Shown: positions 12,248-24,544 of the stretch, piece by piece
Layout: each line of letters starts with the position of its first letter
How positions within the stretch are numbered: position 1 is the stretch's first letter
Source of the DNA: Paraspadella gotoi
Taxonomy: Eukaryota > Animalia > Chaetognatha
Reading direction: 5' to 3'
DNA: 64,000 bases
Assembly (NCBI GenBank): GCA_051294375.1
Contig: CM119263.1
Coordinates: forward strand, 31,665,476-31,729,475
Notes under the pieces: generated by a model
Told to the model about the DNA's origin: nothing
The model's input: only the letters and a program-made list of their open reading frames with translations
Databases searched by the model: none
Translations under genes and position numbers: made by a program

Positions 12248-14472
12248 AGAAGAGGGAGAGAGAAAGAGGAGGGGAGAGAGAGGCAGAGTCATATACTCAG
12301 CTCTCCAACGCAAGCCGTAGACCGAGCGGCGGTGCTCGGCTTCCGATCGACTCATCACTTCATCCTTTCCGGCTTCTTCGCTCGGATCGGGCAGATTTTC
12401 TCTTCTCTTCGATGGTGGAGTCGGGCTTCCTTCCGGTCGAAGTCCGAGCGGATTGGGGCCGGATATATAATATCTCTCTCTCTTTCTCTCTCTCTCTCTT
12501 TCTCTCTCTCTCTTCTCTCTCTCTCTTAACTCTCTCTTGCTCTTGCTGTCTCTCTCTCTTTCTATCTTTGTTTTTTCTTTTAATGATTATTTTGTCCATC
12601 CTCTCTCTTTAATTTGCTCATCAAATTTACTATAATTAAACTTGAATAATTTTTTTAAATAACTCAATATGGTGATAAGAATTTTAGTTATTCAATTTTT
12701 TTTACTCTCATGGTAATCAAAGAAAACGCACATAACTTTAATAACGACATTCTCTTTTAGGGGATAGGCAGTATTCAAGTATTTTCACGAATTATAATAA
12801 ATAAATAAAATACATAAATTTGTTGTAAAAAATAAGCTTCCTGAAATAATACCAATGAAAACAAACAAGAAAAAACAAAGAAATCCAAGCTGATCCAATA
12901 CAACATATATTCTATTAGAAAAAAACAATAAAAAAAACAACAAAATTTTTAACCTTTGTTAAAAAAAAGAATGCTTTTATTATTTGAAAAGTTAAAAAGT
13001 AACTAGGAATTAAAAAATATGAAGTCGATACACTTAGTAGAGCTGACAATAGGCCCCTGCATTTTGCAGACTAATGTTTTTTTTAATTAACCTAAAGTTT
13101 AATTTGATGTGAATTGTGAAATATTAAAAGGTAAAGAAATCATAAAGTTGATGCTCAATTCAAAGAACCTTATTGGGGCCGAGAAGATAATAACTAAAGA
13201 AATTTTAAGAACTGAGTGGAAATTGATACATGTCAGATATGCCACATGTCGGGTTTCAAAATGAGCCACAACCTTAAGTCTCTAAATGGTAAACGGTACT
13301 CTCAGAGATATCTCCAAATATCTCCAAATACAAACAAAAAATATACTGTCATTTATTAACTTGCAGTATAAATGGATTAATTAATTAAAGTACGTGTTAG
13401 TAGTAGTAGCTTAGGATTCTAGAAAACTATTTTGCACGGGCTTTTTTTCTACACACATTTGCTACACTCCTGGTAAAGCTTAAGGCGACCCTCTCAAAAC
13501 ATAATGGCAACTAAAAGGAAGCCTTTCTAGACAAAACACAACCTTAAAAAACTGTGGCAAGACTTTTTTTGGAAATTTTATATTTAGTCAATCAAATTAA
13601 ATTTAAAAATTGAATGGAGGATTTAATCTGCTTTTCCAAAATAAGAAAAAAATAATTTTAAAATTTTTGACATTTACTATTTATAAATATGGGCTTCTGC
13701 GAAAATTAAAAAATTAAAAACACATTATTTAAATATTCACAGCTGCAAGCTCGAATTTTATTCCTACTTTGATTTTAAATTTTCTACTCTTTACTCTTCA
13801 TACGTCCTTCGCGTAACAAAATGCAAATAATATATATCATCTCATTTTGCGATCATTTTTAATCTTTATCAAAATTTAAACTGTTTTCAGCATATTTAAC
13901 TCATTATTGTTAGATTATCTTTTTTATTAATTTATATTTTTAACCTCCAAATCTTAACTATTAAAAAAATTGTTGTCTAAAATTTTATAATATTTTTTTT
14001 CCTTCTTTTTATTTCTTCTTATCTCGTTTTTTTTTCTTTCTTTCTTTTTTTTTCTTTCTTTTTTTTCGAGCAACTGTGAAATGATCCCTCACAATAATGT
14101 AATATTTTCAAAAAGGCCTTATCTCTTTAAAAGAGACTCCCGGAAATGCCGCGCGAACCCATGACGAGTCCGCTCAGGAGGCAGAGAGAAGAGCCTCGGC
14201 GGTAGACGGGGTTAAGAGAGAGAGAAAAGAGTAAAGTTCCGCTGCTGCAGCCTCCGATCAGACTCGACTCTGCGTCGCGCGATCCGGGAGATAAGGAGAA
14301 GGAAGAGGAAGAGGAGTAAGAAGAGCCGAGCGAAAGTAAGTCGAAGGCAGGGAGAAGCGCGCTCGGTACCGCCGCGCGGGCTGCTCCTCGGAGGCCTGCG
14401 CTGAATACCAGGCTTCTGAGTATAAGCCCATGGAGAGGGGAGAGAGATGAGCAGGGAGAGAGAGAGAGAGAT

Positions 14473-14523
<51 letters not shown>

Positions 14524-14570
14524 GAGAGGGAGAGAGAGAAAGAGGGAGGGGAGAGAGAGGCAGAGCCAGG

Positions 14571-14602
<32 letters not shown>

Positions 14603-14684
14603 GAGAGAGAGAGAGAGAGAGAAGGAAGAGAGGAGAAAGAGAGAGAGGGAGAAGAGAGAGAAGGAATAGAGAGAGAGAGATAGA

Positions 14685-14725
<41 letters not shown>

Positions 14726-15640
14726 AAGAGAGAGAGAGAAAGAGAGATTTGATTTTTTATTTTGATTTGTAATGTTCAAAAATGTGACAGTGAACACATT
14801 AACAAAACATAGAAAGAACAAAACAGAGAGAGAAAGAAAGGGAGACAGAGAGAGAGAGAGAGAGAGTCATATCCTCTGTTGATTTCATCTCGCGAATGAA
14901 TTTCATTTCGAATTCATTGTAGGAAAATTCTCTTTGATTTCTTTTTTCGAATTAATTAATGTCGAATGATTTATTAATAATAATTAATTAATCAATTAAT
15001 TGATTAATGTCGCTTGGTTTATATTAAATTTCCGACGTGACAATAGTTAATAAATAATTCAAATAATTCTTTTTAACCGTCTGTAAAAGTAAAAGTGTAA
15101 AGGAAAGTAAAGGAAAGTAAAGGAAAGTAAAGCAAAGGAAGGAAAAAGAGTGAGCGAGTTTTTCTTTACTATTTGTGACAAAATAAGTATAAATTATATC
15201 TTTAAATATCTTGTCTTTTTATATTAATTGTTTCTTAAACTGGCGGAGATGTGATTATTGTTTAACTATCACTGAAACATAAACCGCAAATAAATAAATG
15301 TTTTAATTTAAAGTTTGACTGTTCAATTAACTTTAAATTGAGTGAAAGACATTAATTCACTCAGTCAGACAGTTTCGTCTCTTCTCTCTCTCTCTCTTCT
15401 CTCTTCTCCTCTCCTCTCTCTCTCTCTCTCTCCTCTCTTCTCCCTCTCTCTCTCTCTCCTCTCATCTCATGTCTAACGGCTTGAGCCCTGAAAGTGTTTC
15501 AGCTTTCGAAGTCAAATGATCGTTTCAGATAAACCTCTCTCTCTCCTCATCTCTCTCTCTCTCTCTCTCTCCTTTCTCTCTCTCTCTTCTCTCTTTTCTT
15601 TCTTTCTTTTTCTTTCTTTTCTTTCTTTCTTTTTTCTTCT

Positions 15641-15671
<31 letters not shown>

Positions 15672-15999
15672 TCTTTCTTTCTCTTTTTCTTTTCTTTCTT
15701 TCTTTCAGGTGAAACCTCGTAAAGTTTTCGAGCCAAAGTTGGAAAGAAAAACAGTGAAAAAAGAGAAAACAGAACCAAAACTACAACAACAACATGAGCA
15801 CCAAACAACATTTTTAAAGCTACAAGACTACAATTAAATATTGACTATTGATTGTGAAACCAAAATCATTATTAAACCCTATTAAAATTATATGCTAAAA
15901 TAGTAAAAATAAGACCGTATCAAACGATATGAAATAATGATCTAACTGTTACCGAAAAAAAATTTAAATGAGATTTAAGAACTCAAACTTATTAAATGA

Positions 16000-16280
16000 A
16001 ACCAGGTAATCACGTGGCTACATAACTATTTAATAAATGTATTACAGACATCCATCATTAATTAAATATGCGCAAAGTCTCAACAAAAATGAATGAAACA
16101 TGTCACATTTGCTTTGTGATCATTTAACGTAATTCAGCGTGGTCATGTGATTATATACAAGTATAAAATACATGTATATGAATATTTACTTCCCTGGTAA
16201 GACAGTCCGATGGACAGATATACCGACTGACTTATTGACTTATCTCGAGGGTGCTCCGCAGTCTCGCTAGTCCAAGGACA
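16000..16280 (-). mobile_element. Non-autonomous repeat, DINE-1/Helentron-associated-like (GTCN microsatellite near one end)
   Basis: Reverse complement resembles 28890-29190 (GGAGCA..ATAAGTC..GTCAGTCGGTA..ATACTTGT..CACRTGACCA..GAATTA) and the GTCG/GTCT tract at 3320-3440. Confidence 0.4.
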
Positions 16281-16408
16281 AAAATAAGGAAGAAAAAGAA
16301 AGAATTCCAACTTCTTTTTTAATTAAGTCTCTTTGTAAGGTTCCTTTTTTCCTCTTTTGTTAAAGGAGAAGGGAGAGAGAAGAGAGAGAAGGAAAAAGAG
16401 AGAGAGAG

Positions 16409-16460
<52 letters not shown>

Positions 16461-16816
16461 AGAGAGGGAGAAAGGAAGAAGCAAGAAGGCGGATCTTTTA
16501 TTTACTTGCTGGTTTCCGTTCGTTCAATGAAGTCGAGACTTTTGATCCCAAAAAATTCGAGGCTGAAAATTGAATCGCGAAACAGTGGGACACTGTGGGG
16601 AAAATACACTGTGGGTGTGGCCGAATAATGTAGAGGGAAAAGCGTGAGGGACAACACTCTTGACCCACAGTGTGGTTCTTTTTTTTTTTTTTTATTGATA
16701 TTGACTAGGAAATTATTTGTATTTGTATTTGTCTCGGTCCTCATCCTCATCTTCCCATCCCTTTCCCGTATTTGTATTTATTTGTATTTATGACACGAAC
16801 TGCATCGGAATTTACA

Positions 16817-16972
16817 GCTTTGCTTTGCTTTGCTTTGGGTTGGGTTGGGTTGGGTTGGGTTGGGTTGGGTTGGGTTGGGTTTGCTTTGCTTTGCTTTGCT
16901 TTGCTTTGCTTTGCTTTGCTTTGCTTTGCTTTGGGTTGGGTTGGTTTGGTTTGGTTTGGTTTGCTTTGCTTT
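16817..16972. repeat. Compound (TTTGC)n/(TTGGG)n/(TTTGG)n microsatellite
   Basis: Direct inspection. Confidence 0.95.
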
Positions 16973-17234
16973 ACAATATTTACAATTTTCAGATTAAGAA
17001 TATTATTCTTTAACATGGTTAAAAACTACAACAGTCAAAAAGGCTCAGATGCTAAGTCTATAACAATGGGTATTGCTAAGGTCAAAGGTGACCATAAAGA
17101 GAGAGACAACGATCGAGGGTAGAGACAATTAGCTCACTAATAATCAACCCTCATTTGATTTTATAAACTCATCTACTTCTCTCCCTTTATTTTATTATTC
17201 AAACCTATCTATTCCTTTCCCCTCTTTATAATTT

Positions 17235-17550
17235 TTAAACCTCTCTTTTCCTCTCTATACTTTTCTTTTTCCCATACCTATCTATTCCCATACCTCTCTC
17301 TTTTTCTCTCTATACTTTTCTTTTTCCCATACCTATCTATTCCCATACCTCTCTCTTTTCCTCTCTATACTTTTCTTTTTCCCATACCTATCTATTCCCA
17401 TACCTCTCTCTTTTTCTCTCTATACTTTTCTTTTTCCCATACCTATCTATTCCCATACCTCTCTCTTTTCCTCTCTATACTTTTCTTTTCCCCATACCTA
17501 TCTATTTCCCTACTACCTCTCTTTTCCTCTCTATACTTTTCTTTTCCTCC
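17235..17550. repeat. ~55-bp tandem repeat (CTCTCTTTTCCTCTCTATACTTTTCTTTTTCCCATACCTATCTATTCCCATAC)
   Basis: About 5.5 units by inspection. Confidence 0.9.
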
Positions 17551-18298
17551 CTCTCTTTCAAAATCTTTTCCCTTGAGGCAGAAAAAGAATTCGAGGAAAA
17601 ATTTTTATTGGAATTTGAAAAATAATTTGTCTTTTATTCGATTCTTCGAAAGAAGCCTCGATTTCGAGGGGCTTTCTCTCTCTCTCTCTCTCTCTCTCTG
17701 ATCCCTCATGAAAATGAAGGTTTGTCAATGAGACAACAACAACGACAGCGAACCCATTTTGGCCCTGAAAGAAGCTATGCGAATCGTGGTCGAGAAAGTC
17801 ATGAGTTCGACTCCGTATATCGTGGGTTTACATTTAAGTCAGCCCCTTGTATTTTGATGATAGTGCGGAGTGCGGAATCGCCTCATCAGTTTGCAGAATC
17901 ATAACTGTAGATTTTACCCTCGTCGCCGATCCTCTTCCTTAGTATAAATAGACCTAGCCTGTTCTAGTTTCAGTAGCATTGATTGCGCGCGTCTCACCGT
18001 CACCTTAATTCATAGAATAAAATCTCATCTTGATTTCGCCCCAAGAAATCCATGAGTTTTTCCTTAAATGATCTTTGCACTTATTATTAAAACAAAGTAA
18101 GCAATGCAAATCCCACGACATATCACCGATAATTTAATTCAGAAATGAAATGACGACGACAACGAAAGCACAAAGAAAATTCCCTCTCTCTTTCTTTCTC
18201 TCTCTCTCGTCTCTCTCTCGCTAGCCTTGTCGCCTTGTCCCCTGATCTGGAAAAAAATTTTATCCTAGTAGAAAATTCTCGTCTATTGTCGACACACA

Positions 18299-18378
<80 letters not shown>

Positions 18379-18557
18379 GCTGCCACCTAAATCTCATATT
18401 CATGCAAATTCTTCGTCTTGAGAAAAAATTCATTTCGATCTGAAGTAAAAAAAAGTTTCTTTTGTCTTTTTGAGTAACAAAGAAAATGAGAGACTATTTA
18501 CCGAAAGCGGCCCATTGCGCTTTCTATTCCACAAACTTAATTTTAGTTATAATATCA

Positions 18558-18907
18558 GGCTCTCTTTTCCATGAGTGCCTCATTTCTGTTCATTAATGCC
18601 CAAATTTAATTGTAACTTTTAATTTTTAACCTCAATATGTTTTTAACCTTATAAATCAATTTGTAACCCTGACCCTGACCCTAACCCAAATCCTAAACCT
18701 TTACCCTAAACCGTTATTCTTAATTTTTAACCATAACCTTTAACCCTAAACGTCAGTCCCTAACCCAAATCCCTAATCATAAACCATGTCCCTAATCTTA
18801 ATCTCCAACATAATCCCTAACCCTAATCTTTAACCCTAACCAATAACCTAATCTTTAACAAAAAAACTAATTTAAGGTAAAATAGGGCGTTCTGGGAAAA
18901 TAAGGCC
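18558..18907. mobile_element. MITE-like element with internal degenerate telomere-like (TAACCC)n
   Basis: GGCTCTCTTTTCC..GCCTCATTT left end, AAATAGGGCGTTCTGGGAAAATAAGGCC right end, internal CCCTAA/TAACCC tract at 18665-18850. Confidence 0.6.
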
Positions 18908-19413
18908 AAATATTTAACCTAATCTATCTCATCTTTAGCTTTAATACCTAGTTCCTAATATTTAGCATAAATTCCCAAACCGTATGCTCCAACATTAAAT
19001 CTTAATTTGTAACCTTAGTCTTTAATCTAATTTCTAACCAAATATCTAACCCTAACTTAAGAAGATTCCTTGGGGGGGTTTCTCAGTTTCAGATGAGAAC
19101 ATTGTTTGGGCAGTGCTTAATCTCGACTTAATATTAACTCAATCCATATATCAAAAATTAAAAATAGAATAATAACTTTATTAAGTATTCAATATCCAAT
19201 AATCATGACAGAGATAAGCAACAGAGCCAAGATGCAGCAACAGCAGAGTCGAGACGCAGCAGAAGTAGCAGAGCCGAAATGCAGCACCAGCTCAAAGCCA
19301 CATGAAAACTTAAAATTAATTAACATATTCAAGTAATTTTACAAATATCATTTAATAACTGATGGTCTCAGAGGAATCTCCCAAAAATTAAGACTTTACT
19401 CTCCTTTTATATA

Positions 19414-20144
19414 CCCCGTGTTCGTTCGCGAGTGACACCAAAAAAATGCGTACCATTTCTCATAGGATAAATATTTATAAAATTTTATTTCCTCATTCTG
19501 TCGTAAAGTACTTGACGTTTATTATATTTTAATTTTATAAGATTAATTTGATATTTACTTATGTAAAACAACCTTTCTTTAATGGTCATCCAATTTCATC
19601 TTCAGTAAAAAACTGAATCTTTTAAAAAAAAATTATAAATTAATTATTAAATATTTAAATTGATTAAAATTCATTTACACCATTGAATTAAAAATTATCT
19701 GGGAATCCTTACAATATAAAATAATTATTCAAAACTGTCAAGAACATGCTCAGGACAGCATTTTTTTCTAATTGGACGAATTGTATAAAGAAAACCTAAG
19801 ATTTACAATTAAAAAAATAAATAAAAAAGCATTACTCAAAAATTATTCAACATTACGATAATTCAGATACGCCATTGATTAGACCATTAATAAGGATTTC
19901 TTATTATTTAAAATCTTTTAAAAATTCAATCAAGAACACGCGTAAAATGGTCTTTTTTGCCAATTTTACTGAGTTAGATAAAAAATTAAACAAAGAATAG
20001 TAAATGAATTAAACACGAAATGAAACTTATACATAAAAAACGTCAAGTAGTTCTCCAACTAATGATATACTTATGAATTATGTTTATTAAATATTTAAAG
20101 TATAGTAAAGATTTTTTTGGTGTCACTCGTGAACGGACACGGGG
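19414..20144. mobile_element. MITE with ~33-bp TIRs and TA flanks (Tc1/mariner-type inferred)
   Basis: TA|CCCCGTGTTCGTTCGCGAGTGACACCAAAAAAAT ... ATTTTTTTGGTGTCACTCGTGAACGGACACGGGG|TA, plus subterminal inverted motif TACTTGACGTTT/AAACGTCAAGTA. Confidence 0.85.
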
Positions 20145-20798
20145 TAAAAGGACAAAATTAAAACAACCAATGAGAGGAGAGTTCACATTTTGAGAATAAA
20201 ATAAAAAAAATCTACTAGTTATTATGAACCAATGAGAGACCAGTTATTCAAATTCAATGTATAAAATTCAACCAATTAGAGGATTTAAACAGAATTATTG
20301 GAGTCATTCAATTACACTTCAAATTCAGATATTTGAGCCTTCCAAAAATAAAAGGTCCGGGCTCAATTCAGATAAAAATCATTATAAACTCTTTAACACT
20401 AACTCTTAACCATTACCCAATACTTAACCTTTATCCAAACCACAAACCAAATTTTATGTATGAAAATTTATTAAATTCTGAATTTAATTTTAAATAGAAA
20501 TCTTTTTGAAAACTCCCATAGTGACATTACCTATCTTCCCGCTTAATGAAGTAGTATCATGATTTAAATTGTTAAAATTGTTAAAAAAAGTCAAAATTAA
20601 TAAAACAAATTATAAAAATTTGTGAATAACGCGCAAAGAGGGCTGAAGAGTGCTATATGCAAAATGCTGCCTTTTAAGTAAGAATAGAATGAGTCCTGGG
20701 GTTTTTCACGCCCCCAAGGTGGTTTACGACTGTGCTCACGCTGATGGTATTATTCTATGAGCTATCAGGTCACGAATTTAAGTCATATATATGCCTAT

Positions 20799-21362
20799 TA
20801 GGGCGGAATAAAATAAAAACTAAGATTTCTGTAATATAAATAACGTTAGAGCATCCCTGTGGGATGACGAAATTAAAATAAAATTTAAAATTTTATATAT
20901 AGTTAATATCATAGAAGCATTTAAAGTTTATCGTATTACTATAAATCATGAAAATTTTTTTTTCAAAATAAGAATTTTTAAAATCGGATTCGGGTAGAGA
21001 TTGAAATAATAAATAAAAAATATTACTACAAGATTTCAAAATTTTTTTTTATTGCTTAAAATTAGCAAAAACTATAAAAATTATGGTCCGACGATGATGA
21101 TTTTATTTTTTATTTTATTTTATTTGACCCACTTATAATCAAAATATTGTAGACAACTTTTTATGGGCTATCTGAATCTGTTCTGAAAAAATAAAATTTT
21201 TAGAAAACATTTTTCTATTGCCTATGCATTGATAAATATTTAAATGCTTTAATGTTATACTGTGCTTCACTAGTTAAAAAAGTGATATTAAATATTGATT
21301 AAGTATATGATTATATTACAGAACTCTTAATGATAAAAAGTGATCAATTTTGGCCCGCCTTA
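20799..21362. mobile_element. hAT-type MITE with 8-bp TSD
   Basis: ATGCCTAT duplicated at 20791-20798 and 21363-21370; imperfect TIRs TAGGGCGGAATAAAAT / ATTTTGGCCCGCCTTA; a related internal sequence lies in reverse at ~21560-21900. Confidence 0.8.
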
Positions 21363-22010
21363 ATGCCTATAAGTATGAAACTTAAATTATCCATTATGGT
21401 AGGGGTAACCGCACTCAATGGGGTGAGTCAAAAATTTATAGCGAGTACATGCTAAAACGAATATTTAGACAATTTTAAGAATATTTTCAATGGACAAAAA
21501 ATTTCTAATATGGCTCTAAACCCTAGTAATTAATTTTTTAATATTTATTTATAGATAGGAAAGGCCAAAAATTTTTTAAAAAATTTTTAAATTTTAAGAC
21601 CAGATTCAGATAGCTCATAAAAAGTTTTCTACACAAAGTATAATTCTTTTTTAAATATTTTTACGATAAGTGTGTCAAAAATAAGAAAAACCGTAAAAAA
21701 TTATTATCATCATCATCTTTTGATGAATTTATCAGTTTTTTTATATTTTCACCTAGAAAACATTAGAATTTTTAAAACTGTAATTATATTTCTTGTTTAA
21801 CTTTTTATGCTCTATCAGAATTCATCAAAAAATTTTAAGATTTAAAAAAAATATTTTTGGATTTATATAGTAATATAATATTTTTAATTAGGCTAGTACC
21901 CTCAGAAAAGCATTTTTGACAAAAAATATTTTAATACCATAATCTATGGTCATGATAGATTATTTTAACGCTGTATACATTAGCATTTAAATTTCATCGG
22001 CAATGGCTAA

Positions 22011-22634
22011 TTATGGTGGACTAAAATCAGCGGCCATTGGTGCCGGAGGCAAGTCATTCGTCCGGGGTTCTAGCCCGGTGGTCGCCTTGCAGTTAAGAGG
22101 GATGGGGCGCTTAACCCGCCTGTAACACGGTGTTACAGCCTGATCCGAAGCTCAGGGACTGCTTATATTGAATGGTTCTGTCATTAACACATATCAATAA
22201 TTACTGTCTCTTCATTGGTGAGCCCAATTTCCGAACACAACAGCAACAACACTTTCAGGCGACATGCCTCAACCTGGCAATGCACTTTCTTCCAACAACA
22301 CATCAGGGGACATACCTCAACTTGGTGACGAAATTTCTACTAACAACAACAATTCACTGAAGAGACGCAACAGTCTTCTCTTTATGGGAGGAGGGGGGTG
22401 TATGGTGGACTAAAATCCACCAACCGTTCATCAGCGGCCATTGGTGCCGGAGGCAAGTCATTCGCCTCCCAACCCAAAGGTCGGGGGTTCTCGCCCGGTG
22501 GTCGCCTAGCAGTTAAGAAGGATGGGGCGCTTAACCCGCCTGTAACACGGTGTTACAACCTGATCCGAAGCTCAGGGACTGCTTATATTGAACGGTTCTG
22601 TCATTAACACATATCAATAATTACTGTCTCTTCA
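22011..22634 (+). mobile_element. TRIM-1: miniature LTR retroelement with a tRNA-like cassette in the LTRs
   Basis: Direct repeats 22011-22214 and 22399-22634 ending CTCTTCA; 3' copy starts TG; PBS-like TGGTGAGCCC at 22216; PPT GGGAGGAGGGGGG at 22386-22398; non-coding 184-bp interior; no clear TSD. Confidence 0.8.
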
Positions 22635-23471
22635 ACATTAAATTTGTAAACAGGTTTGATTAAGCTAAACTTTTTAAAATTTTAATAATATTGAAAACTT
22701 GCAGCGTCTTGCTATGATCACTCTAATGAAATGGAGGCTACATGTTCACCCCACTTATAAATACGACTGAATGAATAGATAATCTTTGTAAAAATATATA
22801 TAACAATTATGTGTTAACAATAAAAATAAGTCACGAGCTATAAATAAAAATTTTTAACTTAAGACGAGACAGAATTTAACAAAGGAATAGAAGGAAGAAG
22901 GGCGATCACCCGTGATGCTCAAGGGGTTGAAAATCGCTGTCTCGCTTTGTCAAAAAAGTGAGGGGAATCCAGGGATTGAAAGCGAATACGCGATGTTAAG
23001 ATGTCGCGTTAGCTCGTTTGTCCAATAAGGCAGAATAATTCAGTTTTCTTTTCCGAGAGTTCCCTATTTCTCTTTGTTTTTTCCATATTTTTTTCATATT
23101 TAATCTAAATAATGAAGAGACAGTTCTTTAACAGTTCTTTAACTAATAAATAAAACCTTAACCCTAATCCATAACTTAATCCTTAAAAATAATTAAACTA
23201 ATTCAGAATTAAAGATAAAATGGGGGGGTTCTTGGAAAAAAGAGTCCAATAATTGGAGATGACAGTTAAATTAGTTGTAGATGAATAACAAGTCTGGATT
23301 TGCCATTTTCTTTCACAATTTATGTTAAGCATAAAAATATTATAAAACATGCACCAAGAAAAAATGAAGCTACTTGGCAAACAGGAATAAAAGCAAATAA
23401 AGAGATTGTTTTAATAAAAAAGCAAAATAAAGATATTTATGAAGGGATGGATAAAATCGGACCCAACACAC

Positions 23472-23517
<46 letters not shown>

Positions 23518-23705
23518 TCAATCATTCTCCATCGGTGTCGTTATTCTCTCATTTGTTTTACATTTAATACATGGTGACAATTTTATTTTAGAATCAGTAG
23601 CCGTAACATGTGCTGACGCAGTGGATCTTCGGCCACATCAAGTGAGGCAGCAGGTGACAATAGTTTTCACCGTTTTTAGACACTGGGCCTCCGTTTTTGT
23701 CGATG

Positions 23706-24292
23706 TGTAGTCGGGTATTGCCTAGGTTCAGCCCGCCTATAAGCATGACTCCTTCAGTCGTGACTCGGTGGCTCATTGAGAAGCGTGAGGAAAGCCGTAA
23801 GCCGCCTTGGGGGCGTGGAAAACCCTCCAGCCTGGTTCCAAGCTCAGGACCCATTCCATGGCTGCTAGAGGGGGTTAAAGAAGTTGCGGATAGCACTCTT
23901 CAGCCCCACTTAGCGCCTTATCCACACTGGTGAGTTCATCCTGTTGATCGTATTCCAACCTTCTGATTCAAGGCCCATGGAAGCAGTGCAGGGTGGGTTA
24001 CAATCTGTAGTCGGGCATTGCCTAGGTTCACTCCGCCTATAAGCATGACACCTTCAGTCATGACCCGGTGGCTCATTGAGTAAAGCTATCAGCTCATGAC
24101 CACTCAGTTCAATCCCAACCCGGTACGCGGGTTCAATCCCAACCCGGTACCTACCCTGTGGGAAGCGTGAGGATGGCCGTAAGCGGACTTGGGGGCGTGG
24201 AAAACCCTCAAGCCTGGTTTCAAGCCCAGGACCCGTTCCATGGCTGCAAGAGGGGGTTAAAGAAGTTGCCAATAGCACTCTTCAGCCCCACA
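23706..24292 (+). mobile_element. TRIM-2: miniature LTR retroelement with 4-bp TSD and tRNA-like A/B boxes in the LTR
   Basis: LTRs 23706-23926 (TGTAG...CCACA) and 24006-24292; PBS-like TGGTGAGTTC at 23928; GATG flanks both ends (23702-23705, 24293-24296); ~80-bp interior; PPT weak. Confidence 0.75.
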
Positions 24293-24342
24293 GATGAACC
24301 AATAGACTGGAAGGACCTTTCCATCAAGAATGCCGATTCAAG

Positions 24343-24536
24343 CCATCACCTTCTCTTGGTGCAACTGCCGACATGGAACCTCCTCTTTAGGATCCCATCC
24401 TTTTGTCGCCTACATGACATCATTCTTTTGGTTACAATCAGATCCATTCGGTTTCATATGGTCACATAGGTGACAAAAGGATGGGATCCTGAAGAGGAGG
24501 TTCCATGTCGACAATTGCACCAAGAGAAGGTGATGG
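24343..24536. repeat. Long inverted repeat (~76-bp arms, ~42-nt loop); MITE or hairpin RNA
   Basis: 24343-24418 is the near-perfect reverse complement of 24461-24536. Confidence 0.85.
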
Positions 24537-24544
24537 GTTCCATT

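Noticed and set aside
12280-14430. GC-rich islands at 12280-12470 and 14130-14430
   Set aside because: No recognisable protein or consistent splice sites; lie in a doubtful segment between a gap and a duplicated block
16591-16673. CACTGTG/CACAGTG inverted heptamers resembling RSS/Transib ends
   Set aside because: Only an 11-bp inverted repeat, with no nonamer, no TSD and a single copy
17860-17890. CTGATGA on the minus strand as a hammerhead core
   Set aside because: No stem II closure followed by GAAA
22357-22380. CTGAAGA-GAC..GTC in the TRIM-1 interior suggesting a retrozyme hammerhead
   Set aside because: Followed by TTCTC rather than GAAA; core incomplete
22434-22505. Functional tRNA-Gly gene
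   Set aside because: D and anticodon stems do not pair well, the T-loop is non-canonical, and it is embedded in an LTR; treated as tRNA-derived
23829-23918. Twister-ribozyme-like motif (GCCTGG-TTCCAAGC-CCAGG..GCTA-GAGGG..TAGC-GCC) in TRIM-2 LTRs
   Set aside because: It resembles twister P4/L4 and P2, but I could not place the conserved UAA cleavage-site loop in any permutation; an Infernal twister search on the family consensus would settle it
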